Assembly (NCBI GenBank): GCA_032718475.1
Contig: JAUCBJ010004885.1
Span: 1 to 56,401, forward strand
DNA: 56,401 nucleotides
Source of the DNA: Nemertoderma westbladi
Lineage: Eukaryota; Animalia; Xenacoelomorpha
Direction of reading: 5' to 3'
Of this stretch, positions 1-12,043 are shown piece after piece. The translations under genes and the position numbers were made by a program. The notes beneath the pieces are model-generated. The model saw nothing but the letters and a program-made list of their open reading frames with translations, searched no databases and had not been told where the DNA came from. Numbering within the stretch: position 1 is the first letter of the stretch; every line of letters begins with the position of its first letter.

Positions 1-264
1 CTCCTATTGGTTGATGACCTACTTCACGCCTCTCACCTATGTGGGAGTGCTTCCCCCCCCCCCCCCCCCGCTGTTGGTTTGTTGCCCTCTCGAGGTGGTT
101 TGACCTCTAACCTCCCTTTGTGTGGCTTTTGGGGTGTATGTTATCCCCGTTATTGGGTGTGATACGAGATTGGTTGTTATCAATCTCGTATCTCCAATAT
201 TGCTGAAAAAGGCGCCACTTCCCAACTTTATGGGGGTAATGAAGCGGAATTGAATCCGCTCACA
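1..264 (-). repeat. 3' LTR of A1 (partial)
   Basis: Near-identical to ~10040-10288; ends ...CCGCTCACA next to the PPT. Confidence 0.92.
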
Positions 265-302
265 CTCCCCCCCATGCTATCTTCCCGGTGAGAAGATAGC
301 AT
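265..302 (-). promoter_or_regulatory. Polypurine tract (GGGGGGGAG on minus) plus adjacent 11-bp perfect hairpin
   Basis: ctccccccc abuts the LTR; atgctatcttc/gaagatagcat at 274-302; identical block at 24615-24652. Confidence 0.85.
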
Positions 303-1057
303 CACCTATGAGTGAGCTTCAATATACCTGGAGCCCGATCTACTATCGGGTGTGGGGTGGAGTTCTTTTACCTGGAGTCGGCTTTCCAGGCCGCTCCCTC
401 TGGGTATGATATTACTACCCCCCCTTGGTGCAACCCCAATCTATGTTGCACCAAGACATCTGGCGTCTCGGTTCACAACAATTGTGGACTCCTCTCACAC
501 AATTTTAAATCTCCACTCCACTCTAAACTGACTCTAACTCCTCTCTACTTTCACTCTAACTCCACTCTACTTTCGGATCTCTTTGTCCCTCACTCTGCCT
601 CTTACTCCTCCCCCTCCACATTTGAATCGCACCCGTACTCTCTCCACACGCCTCAACACCACCTCTCACTATCTCCCCTGCGTTCTATACTCAACCCTTA
701 CTCACTTTACCCCATTCACTCCTGACGAGCCTCACCCTCCCCTTCCGTGCCGTCGCACTTAAGAAGTGTGAAGTGTGTAGTGCCATGTCTAGTCTCCCGT
801 CCTCCTGTTATAGTCGATTGGTCCCCAGTCCCAGTAGCTAGTTGGAAAAGGTTACATGACTATACTACTTACTTTGATTATATTGGGTATTGATTATATG
901 ATTACATTCTATTGATTACTACATACGTACATACTAATTGCACTTTTATTAAATTTGCACTTAAGAGTTCGTATTACTTCGCATGTGGTGCCTTCCAGGC
1001 ATCCCCACATCTCCCCCTCCAAGTTCTAGTTCGCTCATCCTGTCTTTGGGAACCATC

Positions 1058-2100
1058 TCAGTTCCTTCCCTGTCTCGGTCGCTTCCTGGTTGTCGCCGCT
1101 CCCTTGCTTTTTTTGTCCTCCTTAAGGTTCCTCATCCTTGCCGTTACTTCCCTACTGATTCCCGTCGTCGATTCCTTGGGCACTGGTGTTATTAGCTCCC
1201 GGTATCGCTTCGCAGGTGGCCCCTCCGAATGCCCTTGCTGCTTCCCCCTAGTGGCGTCCCATAGGATCACCTTCATGGCCCGCGGCACATGCTCCGCCAG
1301 GAAATCTCTGATCTATCCCCGGTTCTCTGGCGCCCATCTGTCTAAATACCTCTGTGTATTCATCACTCCCGCATACGATGCCGCTGTTGATACTTCTTGA
1401 TAAGTAAACGGAAGCCTCCGTTTGATGATTTCCAGGTGGGCCTCCTGGTTAATATTAAAGAAACCCCACCGGAATTCCTGGGCCTTCATCCGCTGCCGCA
1501 TCATGACGCCGACATCGGCCCACTCACCCCGGAAGTTGCACTTAGAACACTGGTTGTGCAACCGTGGACACACCCCCATCCTATCTTCTGGAATCGATAC
1601 AAGCAGCTCCTTTCCTGGTGAGTAAGCCTCCCACAGTAATCGCAGCCGAGTACCAACGCATCCCGCCCCAAGTCATCCTTTGCCCCAAGCGATCTCCTCG
1701 GTCTATGGAGTCGCTGGTAAGGAAACTTCTGGATGTTAACGTCTCTGTCCATGTCTATGTCCTCGTCTTGCCTGGGCATCGTCTCTCCGAATACTACCCG
1801 TGGTGCTGTTCACAGTTGCTCGCCCAACCTGATGGTGCTCCCCGCGAAATCCATCACCGGCTCCTCATGCACCCAGGCCCGCTTGCCGGGTTTATCCCAG
1901 AAGGCCCTCGCCCCGCTGGCCGTCACCACTCTCCCACCAACCCAGTCCGTGTCTGAGTGGCCGATTCTCCCGATGGGCGGAATCTCTCCGAACTCGTCGT
2001 CGTCCTCGTCCTCCGCTGGAAGTGGCTCCAAACCCAGTATCCCGGTAGACCCACTGTGTCCCTTCCCTCCTTGGCTCTCGCCCGTGACTCTCCATCCATC
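1058..2100 (-). pseudogene. Fragmented accessory ORF downstream of integrase with a CCHC zinc knuckle
   Basis: ORF pieces 1810-~2100, 1501-1779, 1313-1579 and 1058-1288 are collinear and separated by stops or frameshifts; CDYCGRLTHQERSC = CX2CX4HX4C; CPRLHNQCSKC follows. Confidence 0.55.
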
Positions 2101-4489
2101 CATCCTTCCTTCTCTTCGCGAAATCGCGAAGTCGTCCGTGACGATCACCAAATCACCTTTCTTTAGCTCTCTAGTGGTATTTCTCCACTTGCTCCTCCTA
2201 TGCAGTGTGGGTAGGTATTCCTCGACCCACCTCCTCCAGTACTCTGCGCTTATCGCATTAGCGACTTTCCAACTCTGTCGGGATGGTATGTCATCTGGGT
2301 CTACACCCCGCATGTCAATGGTCGCCAGCCTTTCCATCAGAAAATGACTGGGTGTCAACACATCTAGTGATTCTGGGTCGTCATTTTCTGGATATAACGG
2401 TCTGCTATTGATGATGCCCTCGCACTTAGCTAGCACCGTCCTTAGTATATCTTCTGTCACCATGTGGGTGTTCATCAACTTTGTCATTAGATGCTTAGAA
2501 CTACCCATGAGTCTCTCGATGCATCCTAAAGTATGCGGAGCATACGGCGTCCTCCTTTCCCACTTCACCTGTCATCTCCTCATGGCTGCCCTGACTTCCT
2601 CTCCTTCCAGGATGTCCAAGGCCTCCGCCAGCTCGTTCTCCGCCCCCACAAAGTTGGTTCCATTATCGGAGTAGATCACTGCGATTGTCCCACCTTTGCG
2701 GTCTCTGAATCTCTCTAGGGCATTGATGAATGCCGATGCGGTTGCGTCTTGGGCGAGTTCTATTCCTACTGCCCTCGTGTTGTGCTATACGAAGATGATG
2801 CCGTAGCGTTTCTCCGTGTGTCGTATCACCTTGATCTTTATTGGCCAGAACATATCTATGCCGCAGTGCGTGAATGGCGGGTCATGCTGTCTCACCCTAC
2901 TGGCCGGTAATGGCCGGTAATGGGTTTCAGTGGGATGATGAGGCTGTTGCTATTCAGCACTCTGGAGTTCATTACTAGAATCCCATCATCATTGAGTTGT
3001 GGTGACAGCGTGATGAGCTCGCTGTCCCAATGAAGATGTTGTTGTTTGCTGACGCGCTCCAGTTCGTCGCCGTAGATCCTTCTCTGTTCATACCGTATCA
3101 TGGCCTTGGCCGCTCCCTCCAGATCGATGTTTGGTTTCCTCTTGGCGTCCTTGCCAACTCCCTTGAGGAAATCCCCGAAGGCCCTCCAGTATGCTACCAA
3201 CTTCTTGGTCTTGACCAGCTTGAGCTGTAGCTGAGGAGCTTATCCGTTGGGTTGTCGCACGGTTCTTCTAATTTTGGTTGCACCTCCCTGATCTCCCTCT
3301 GACTATATATCTCCTCACCTTCTGAGTCTTCTCCCTCTTCCTCTGGTGCTACTTCCTCTGAGCCCGGGTCCACCTTCTTCATCGGTGGCCATGCCGTCCT
3401 ATCGTTCAGGAACTGTGGCCCGTGCTGCCACAATACTTCCTTCTTTAAGAAAGTGTGGCGGGCCACGCCCCTCGATAATAAGTCTGCTGGGTTCTCGTTC
3501 GTTGGGCAGTAGTGCCACCTTTCTAATTCTGTCGTCGCCCTTATTTCGTCCACCCTATTTGCGACGAATATATGGTATCTCGTCTTCTCATTGTGCAGCC
3601 AACCAAGCACTACCATGGAGTCCGTCCAGTAGTGTGTTTCCACTATGTTGGGAACAGTGTCCATCAAGTAGGCTGTGGCCCTTACCCCTAATCTTGCAGC
3701 TGTCAACTCGAGTTTCGGGACAGATGCTGAATCTGGTGGCGTCGACTTTGCTTTGCTGAATGCAAGTCTGGGCTTATGAGCCACCTCTCGTTGTACTAGG
3801 TTAGGTAGTACTCGTTGTACTAGTGCCGCTCAGTATGCTTCCAATGATGCATCGGAGAACATGTATAAATCCAGATCCGTCATGTCCCCATCCGGGAAAT
3901 ACACGCGTGGCATGCTGTATGTTCCCATCCGTTCTAAACTCTCTGTCCACTTACTCCACTGCTTGCTGATTTCTTCCGGGATCTCTGTATCCCATTCGTC
4001 CTTTAGTTCATATACTTTCTTAAGTATCTGTTTACCCGTGACTAACAGTGGGGATGCTAGGCCTAGGGGATCGTATATCCTTGCTATGTACGATACATAG
4101 CCCCTCTTTGTGTGGATGTCCGCACCCTCCTGGCTCAGTTGATACTTGAACTTGTCCGTCTCCCGGTTCCACACCATCCCCAGTGCCTTTTGCTGAAACT
4201 GTACTCTCTTGTTCACCATGTCCTGTCCCTTGGCTGTTGTGGGGTTATCCATGGTCGACTCTGGCCGTCTGTCCTCTATGGCTTTCTCCTCTGAGCTGGA
4301 TTGGAACTTGGTCAGGTTAAACCCGGATCCCTTCAGGATGTCGCGAACCTCGCGCCCTGTATCCAGTAGTTCTTTAACCGTGTTTCCAGACTCCATTCCG
4401 TCGTCTACATAGAAGCCACGTCGAATCATATCGACTGCTTTGGCGCTATACTTCCTCTCTTTTTCCTCTACTGTATCTCTTACAGCCAC
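2100..4489 (-). pseudogene. Pao-type pol remnants (RT C-terminus, RNase H/peptidase A17 region, integrase core and C-terminal domain)
   Basis: FYVDD, IYDPLGL, FSDAS, VPKLEL, WTDSMVVLGW, NPADLLSRG, INSRPL, LTPSHFL, YWRRWVEEYL; split by frameshifts and deletions. Confidence 0.93.
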
Positions 4490-4964
4490 AGTCGTCGTTA
4501 ACTGCTCTAACTACTCCATTAATTTCTCCATAGAAAACAATGCTAAATTTCATTTGAAAACCGGCAGTGAAATTTTAACATTGGCATTCTAAAAATTATG
4601 CCATTAGAACCGCCATAAAATTCTGTATAAACTGATAAAGTAATTTGAGAATTAGAATCTCATCGTTGGGATAACTATCATTAATATTAAACGTAAAAAT
4701 TGTCACCTTATGTGCCCAGCTTCTGCTTTGAGGACTAGTGAAGTTACAGCCAAAATATGTCCGGAAATATAATCACAGCCGTGAAGGACAATTAGTGGCT
4801 GCACGGACACTTTCTGGCTGTAAATATGTGGATAATTTTTGGCTGAGCTTCAGCCAGAAAGTGACCAGTGTTCCTAACTGTAGTTAGTGTTGATATCTGA
4901 ATCAATTTTGGCTAATTTAGTTACAGTTTCAGTATTCAAGGTTTTTAAGTTACAGTTTCAGTCA

Positions 4965-5476
4965 GGTGATAATATATGTTGATAAATTTGCTTATTTTCA
5001 AAAATTTGGTGCTGGCACAGCAATTTTAACCCGAAAAATACAAGTTTGAAAACTCTTACGCCATAAACCTCTAAAACGCGAGAAATAAGTTGTCACAATC
5101 CATTGAACTATTGAATGGATTTTCAGAATTTTGTGCTGGCGCCAAATTTAGCACACAGCTCCGAAAAATACAAGTTTTATATGCCTGGTGCAACTGTTAT
5201 ATATTCCATTGAAACCAGAACCCCAAAAAACCCCAATTACGTAAAAAACAGGTTCAAACAACCAATTTTCAACTTTGACATAAATGAAAATTTGGTACTG
5301 GCACCAAAATTTGGCACCCGCCGAAAAAACAAGTTTGAAATTTCTACATTAATTTATATGAATTCTATCTAATTGCAAACACCAAAAAGCCGGTGTAAAT
5401 AATCATTACAAATCATATTTCATGAAATGTATTTTCAAAAAAAGTTCTCAAATAAAGTGCCAAAAGTAGGTTTAAA
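4965..5476. mobile_element. Fragment of the non-autonomous piggyBac-type family, inside A1 between protease and RT
   Basis: Collinear (with an internal deletion) with ~38990-39707; ends CAAAAGTAGGTTTAAA. Confidence 0.75.
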
Positions 5477-8400
5477 ACGACGACGACTGCTCCACTGTCG
5501 ACCAGCATCAGTGTGGTTACTGATCGACCGCCTTCTCCGATCACCCTCACCGGTACCACCCTGAGTAGTACCGTTCCTCTTTTCTTTGCCCCTACGGTGC
5601 TTGTCGCCATTGTCTGCCCTTTGCCTTGACCGAACTTAATTGGTGTTTCTTTGCATTGATCAGCTCTGTGTCCGCCCGCCACACATCGATGACAGATTCC
5701 ACTCTTCCTTGCATATTCTACCTGATCTTGTTTGGGCAACGCTTGCAATATCTGCAGTTCATGGTCTGATGAAGTGCGTTCGTATGCAATTGGCATTTGT
5801 TGTTTGGATTATAGCCGTCCCTATACAGTGCGCTGCGTATCGCACTTATGTTCGTACCTAGATCCCTACTGTTCTTATTGTTTGGGTTCGGCCTACTGGG
5901 CGTGTTGGGGTTATGTTTGTTTGTGTTACTATTTTGCCCCTGTCCGATCCATGGTGTGGCCCTACCCCCGGCTACATGTGGACTAGCAGTCCCCTGCGTC
6001 GCCGCATATGGCAGCGATTGGCTAAGCTTTGGCAATGCGTTTGCCGTGTTGTGTTCTGGTTTCGGCCTGTTATATTCGGTCTTTGGCCCCTTTCACAGAC
6101 TATCCTCGCTCTAGACTGGGTCCGTGATCAATTCGGCTTCGTAGTTGAGGAAGTTCGACATTTCCTCTAGGCCCGGTTCCACACCCTTCTTCTCCCGGGT
6201 GGAGAAGGCGATTTTCCCGGGGTTATCCTGTAGGCCACCCGATGTTATACCCCTCAGGGTCTGCCGGATCATCTTGACCGGGTGCCTGTATTCCCTGTCT
6301 AGGGCCCGCCATGCAGTCGTGAAGCCACCCTCGATGCCCTGATACTGCCTCACGATGTCGTACGCTGGGCCTCCTGTATATACCTGTAGATATTTTAGGC
6401 ACTCCGCCTGCGTCAGGTTCTTGGTTAATATCTCGTTGCTGTACATGCGCCGAAATTGCAGGTATTCTTCCGGCCTACTTCCGTCGAATTTAAATGGCTC
6501 TACGGGTGGTAGCTTGATTCTGGTCTTGAGTGCATCGATTAGTGTAGCCATTCCCATCGCATGTGCTTCCAATGGGTTCGAAGGATGCTGTACAGATTCT
6601 CCCGTTGGGTGCGGTCCGCCCGTCCGGCCTGTTGCCTTCTGTTGCGTCGCATATACCATTGGGGGTAACGGCCCCCTCCATATTTCCGTGTCGCAAGATC
6701 TGTTCTCGTCCAGGGGGTTTGATGTTCTTATTTCTGTTTGAGTATATTGTTGATATTGTAATGGGGGAATGTCACCCTGCCCCCCCCCCCCCCCACACCG
6801 GTGCTATGTTTGGTACTGGGGTTGATGTTAATATATTGGGGCCCATACACCTATCCGCAATAACTCTCCCCTCCCCTGGATATATGTTATGTCCCTGCAT
6901 GTTATAGTCATACTGCTGTGCTGGTACCGGTATAGGCCTATCCACTTCTGGCCTACGTACTGGTATATACTCCGCGACTTCCGGGTCCAATCCCGTCGTC
7001 CGCGCTACCCTATCGCCTACACTATCTCTCCCAGCATGGCCTATAGTATGTGCAGTAAGGCCTACAGTATGTCCTGCAGTCTGTATGTGTCCCTCCGGAC
7101 CGAAGTTTAACCTTCTCGAATAATCCAAGAAGTCTTGACTCTCCAACTCCATCTCTACTACCGACGGCTCGCTATCAGTCCTAGCTCTCCGGTTGCTTGT
7201 AACGACACTTCTTCTACTCTCTTCTCTTCTTCTCTCCTCAGTGTAGCATCCCCGCTCGTGAGATCTCTCGTTGACCTCCCGGTTAAACTCCACTGTTCTT
7301 CTTCCCTCTTCTGACTGGGCTCGACGTATCGTCGCTCGCCCACTCGCGACGCCAACCTCCCTCTCTCTACCCGGTCGCACACCGCTGGGGATATTCGTAA
7401 TCCCCTACTATTCTCCGCCGCCGGGTGCTCGCCCCGCGCATTGTCCGCCGACGCCTGTGGGAAACTCTCTGCCCCCCCCCCCCTCTCGCCGCTAATCTCT
7501 CATTGTTGGGCGCCTGTAGCCCCCCCTTCCCCCCCCCCCTTCCCTCCCCCCCCCCCCGCCCCACTCGCCACCTATAACTTTACTATCTCTCGCTTCGCCT
7601 CTACTTCCCTCTCTAGTCGACGCACTATCTCTACTGCGGCTGGGTCTATTCACCCCCACCTCTCCCTCTACCACTGCGTGGCCTGGCAGGCTCCCGTCGG
7701 GTTGACTCACCCCCGCTACTCCCTGCGTATTAACTACGTGGCCTTGCAGGCTCTCGCTGGCCGGACCACCTACGTCTGCTGCGTTTATATTAATAGCACC
7801 ATTATCAACATTATTATTCAAATTATTTAAATTATTGGAGTTATTCTGTACTGAATTTGGATTATTATTTAAATTATTTTGTATATTTGGATTAGAATCG
7901 GGATTATTTTGTTCGTTTGAATTAAAATTATTATTTAGATTATTTTGCGTATTTAAATTTAAATTATTAGAATTACTTTGTATATTTGAATTATTTCCTA
8001 TACTCGGATTTAAATTATTATTATCGGGAAAAATATTATTTCCTGGAATAAAGGTTTGATTAGGGTTGTCTACTACGGTACTATTAATATTAATGCCTTC
8101 CAACGTATTATTATTACCCCCCCCCCCCTCCCGCCCGTACGATTATACCAGTCTTGGGTCTATCGTCCGGTCCCTGTAAGTGGGGTATTAACAAACGTTT
8201 CCATAACCTCTGGCTCCTCGTAAATACTACCCGAGCCAGCCTCACTCTCTGATAGTCCCAACTGCGCCAGTTCTACTCGGCGCTTCTGTTTGGCCTGATA
8301 TTGCATAAGCCCCCTCAACCGGGCATTCATATCATCCCGCATGCGCTTTCCCGCTCTCTCTCTCTCTCTATCCTCTCGCAAACTCTGGTTCGCTAGCTCT

Positions 8401-9647
8401 GTTTCTCTCGCCACCCGCTCTCTACGTTCGCTCTCTACTCTCGCCTCCCGCTCTCTATATTCATTTGTTTCTCTCTCCAGCCTTGCTGTCTCTCTCACTT
8501 CTCGTTCTATGCGCTCGTTCTCCACTCTCGTTTCTCACTCTTTACGTTCCCCCTCTATTCTCATTTCTCGCTCTTTACGTTCCTCCTCTATCCTCGTTTC
8601 CCGCTCCTTACGTTCCCCCTCTATTCTCGTTTCTCGCTCCTTACGTTCCTCTGCCTCTCTCTCTTCTTGCTCTCTGCAATTTCTCGCTACCCTGTCGGCC
8701 CTCTCTCTACACTCCCTCGCTAACTCTCTCTCTTTCTCTAGCAACGCAGTTCCCTCATCCAACTGCCTCTCTAATTCTTTCTGTTCTAGTGCCACCATAT
8801 CTAATTGACACGCCAGATCTATCTCCAACACCCTTCTTGCTTTCGCGGAGGATGTAGCGGACTTATCGGTCGCGATGGACTCCCGTCGCCTCTCTGTCCT
8901 ACTAATTTTCCCCGCTTTCTGGGTTTCTCGCTAACCGACGAGACCGAATCCTCGGGGTTAACCTCGGGTTTGCCCTCGTGCGAATTTGCCCAACCCACTA
9001 ACTTAATTCCCCTAGCATCCACTAAAGTGGCCCTATGTACGCTACTTGGGGCTCCATAATCCCGGATCGCCACAGTTCGAATAGTTTGGTGGCGACCCCC
9101 CTCGCTCTCTCACTCGCCAGTTCTCCCTGCCCGAAACGAACTAGGTATCTGAAATGTTTATTTGACTCACCTAGTCGCTGGCTCAACTTCCCCTGGTTTA
9201 CCTTTGCTCCCTCTCTGGCCTCCTTGAGCTGTTTCTTTGTGGCATTGTAGGCCCGTCGAAGCCGATTGCTGATCCAGACGTTCTCTTTCGCCGACATATC
9301 CTCCTCCTTTTCTGGTTCGGCATCGTACCGGCGGCCCCACCGTCGCTGTTCCGGTGGGCCGTCCGTCGCCCTCGGCCTGTGGCTGGCCGGCGACTTCGGT
9401 ACTTCGACCACCGTCGTGCGTCGACTCGTCCCTTTCTCATGGTAGACGGCCGCCCTCCGCTTGGACTGCCGGATCGTCTCTCGTCGGCGAATCCAGCGTC
9501 GCAGGTCGGTACCGTCGCGTCGCGGCCTCGCAGATCGTTTGGTTGGTATCGTCCGGGGTCCGCGGCGGTGTCCTCTCTCCTTCCAATAGTTGGGGTCCTG
9601 TGCTCATCTTTACCTTTATCTCCGGTAGTTTGGTGTCTGGCAGTCAC
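5477..9647 (-). pseudogene. Family A gag-protease: long low-complexity N-terminus (R/E coiled-coil repeats, Asn-rich tract), Pao capsid-like domain, zinc knuckle, start of aspartic protease
   Basis: IKLPPVEPFKFDG..EYLQFRRMY (DUF1759-like); CHRCVAGGHRADQC; VLLRVVPVRV...MLVDSGA; many frameshifts. Confidence 0.85.
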
Positions 9648-9673
9648 AGCTAGTTGCGTTGGTAGTTTTTCAC

Positions 9674-10288
9674 TGTGACGGGATCAGTGGGATCCCGACC
9701 GGGTAAGTAGACTACGCGTCACCGTTTGGTTGTGGATTGTTTTGCTAGTTAGGCCGAGGCCGTTGTAGTGAAAACAATAAGAGTTTGTTGTTATCTCTTG
9801 AGGTTCTGTTAATGAAGATAGTGATAGCACAATAAAGGTTCAGTTAAATGATAAGTATTGATGGATACCGGTAATAGGATAATATACTGATGATGTTGGT
9901 GACGGTGACAGTGAAAAACATCACCGGTCTGCACTGAACTGAATGACTGAGTAAACTGATTAACTGACCGGTAATAGGATAATATATGTATTCATTCCTG
10001 CATTACTGTGGCCGTTGTCCAGTGGATACTTTTCCCCGCTCCTATTGGTTGATGACCTACTTTACGCCTCTCACCTCTGTGGGAGTGCTTCCCCCCCGCT
10101 GTTGGTTATTTGCCCTCTCGAGGTGGTTTGACCTCTAACCTCCCTTTGTGTGGCTTTCCGTATGTTATCCCCGTTATTGGGTGTGATACGAGATTGGTTG
10201 TTATCAATCTCGTATCTCCAATATTGCTGAAAAAGGTGCCACTTCCCAACTTTATGGGGGTAATGAAGCGGAATTGAATCCGCTCACA
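9674..10288 (-). repeat. 5' LTR of A1 (615 bp, TGTGA...TCACA)
   Basis: TG..CA inverted termini; matches 1-264 and 46543-47044; on minus it has CCAAT, TATA-like and repeated TCAGTY initiator-like motifs. Confidence 0.92.
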
Positions 10289-11173
10289 ATTTCTAAACTT
10301 TTCACAGACTACATGTGTACCAAGTTTGGTTATAATTCATCAATGATTGGCGGACTTATTTCGGTTTTTATCAAAATTTTGAAACTATCGGTACCAACAG
10401 AGAGACTGTCTGATATGTGACCTTTGATTCCTTAAACCTCAGATTATTTCCAAACTTATGACAGACATCATACGTACCAGGTTTGGTTTAATTTCATCTA
10501 TAAATGACCCAGTTATACAGCATTAGCGATCAAAAATTAGACAGATGACAGACAACTCCTAAATGGCACCCATATGCTAAGACTTCGGGTCAATTTGTGG
10601 GTCGCCCCACATTTTGCATCCATATCTTGGTTGGAAATACTTAGTTGCACTTTATTATCACTAATTATCCAGAAATTACTGTTCGGTTAAGTGTAAGAGA
10701 CCATTTTCACCATAAAATTCGAACAGGTCCCGTACTTTACCTAGCAATGTCCCATACTTTACTACACAAAACACATTGTAAAAAATTAGCAATGTAGCAA
10801 TTCGTCTGATATTTATACTTTTTATTTAAGCTTAATAATACAGCTTTATCCTAAACATCAACTCAACACCACCGTACCAGCGCACAATTCGCTAAATTTT
10901 AGAATTGAAATCATAAAATCTTTTAATTTAAAAAACCAGTCGGAAAAAAACATTTCGTACGAATCCGTCCGTACTTTACCTTAATTGGACAAGCTAGTGT
11001 TTTCTCAAAAGTGACTAAGTCCCGCCATAAGCTTCGCGAAATCAAAGCTGCTATTCGAAAGTTCAATCCAAGCACAATTTTGTGCACATATGTGCTGTGG
11101 ATAACATTGTACAGGCAATCAAAGTTCAAAATTGTGTACGAATGTCCCGTACTTTACTTTGGAATGAGCCTAT

Positions 11174-11307
11174 AGATTGTCGTCTCGGCTTCCACTGAGT
11201 GGTCCCAGGTTCGAATCCGACCCGACGCTGATGAGACTCAGTAAGGTATAGAAACGACTACGTGGTTTAGAAAGATATGAGATATGAATTTCATTATATT
11301 TGTACAC
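11174..11307 (+). repeat. Short interspersed repeat with Pol III B-box and degenerate hammerhead core (copy 1)
   Basis: GGTTCGAATCC 11208-11218; CTGATGA 11228-11234; GAAAC 11251-11255; further copies at 20501 and 47774. Confidence 0.65.
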
Positions 11308-11329
11308 GTCTTACGGTGGTGAGATTTAA

Positions 11330-11772
11330 CTGCAGATTTAAAAGAATGTTGATTATCTAGGTTTTTAATTTCATTAGGCAGAGCGTTCCAATTTTTAATA
11401 CCGTTAAAAAAGAAAGTATCAGATTCAAAGGATTTACAATTCGGGAGGTAGAAGTTTGAAGCACTAGCTCTGGTACTCTAAGAGTGTGTATCGCGTACTC
11501 TGTTGAATTTTTGTTTTAGGTAATTGGGACATTTACCATTATACACTTTATGCACATGGTTAAGGCGTAGCTGCTTAACGCTACTATCTAAGTTAAGTAG
11601 TCCAGATTCAGAAAAGTCACCTGGAGTTAGGTGCTGCCTAAGTTTGTAATCTTTAATAAATCGTACTACTTTATTCTGAGCGACTTGTAATTTACATTTA
11701 AGCTGTTTGGTTAAGCCTTCATACCAAGAAGATCATGCATAGTCCATGTGACACTGTATTAAGAGCAAAGTA
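11330..11772 (-). mobile_element. CR1/L2-group LINE ORF2 3' remnant (left part, interrupted by element C)
   Basis: Minus strand reads ..IQCHMDYA..SWYEGLTKQLKCKLQVAQNKVVRFI..FFNGIKNWNALPNEIK; continues at 18574 across TSD ACTTG. Confidence 0.75.
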
Positions 11773-11777
11773 ACTTG

Positions 11778-12019
11778 TGTTTTGGATTCACTCATTCAAT
11801 TGCGGACAATATAATATGAAATAATAATATGCCGATGTGACATTACTGCATTATGTATTCCAGTATTCTTGATGCTCATTTGTCTGACAATTTCAGTTCT
11901 AACTATAAAAAAGACACTACTGACTGGTCCGTCTAACGCTACTGCACTACCGGTAACACATACTGACTAACACTACTGCTTACAATAATTGGGACTTAGG
12001 TCATATAAATGTCAAGACA
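11778..12019 (-). repeat. 3' LTR of C
   Basis: TGT...ACA; direct repeat of 18327-18568; PPT GAAGGCGGAG (minus) at 12020-12029. Confidence 0.96.
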
Positions 12020-12043
12020 CTCCGCCTTCAAAAAAAAAGTTTT

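Larger units (their letters stand above)
1..10288 (-). mobile_element. Degenerate Bel/Pao LTR retrotransposon, family A copy 1 (3' LTR cut by window edge)
   Basis: 1-264 repeats the right part of LTR 9674-10288; PPT at 265-273; minus-strand gag, protease, RT, RNase H and integrase fragments in Pao order, with deletions, stops and frameshifts. Confidence 0.9.

Noticed and set aside
722-760. Hammerhead core CTGACGAG (also ~35652)
   Set aside because: No stem II or GAAA follows
1058-2100. env gene in family A
   Set aside because: No signal peptide or transmembrane segment
312-9678. Many plus-strand ORFs across element A (likewise in B and A2)
   Set aside because: Antisense shadows of GC-rich, purine-skewed minus-strand coding sequence, with no domain motifs
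11195-11225. tRNA gene
   Set aside because: Only a T-arm/B-box is present; no cloverleaf or clear A-box
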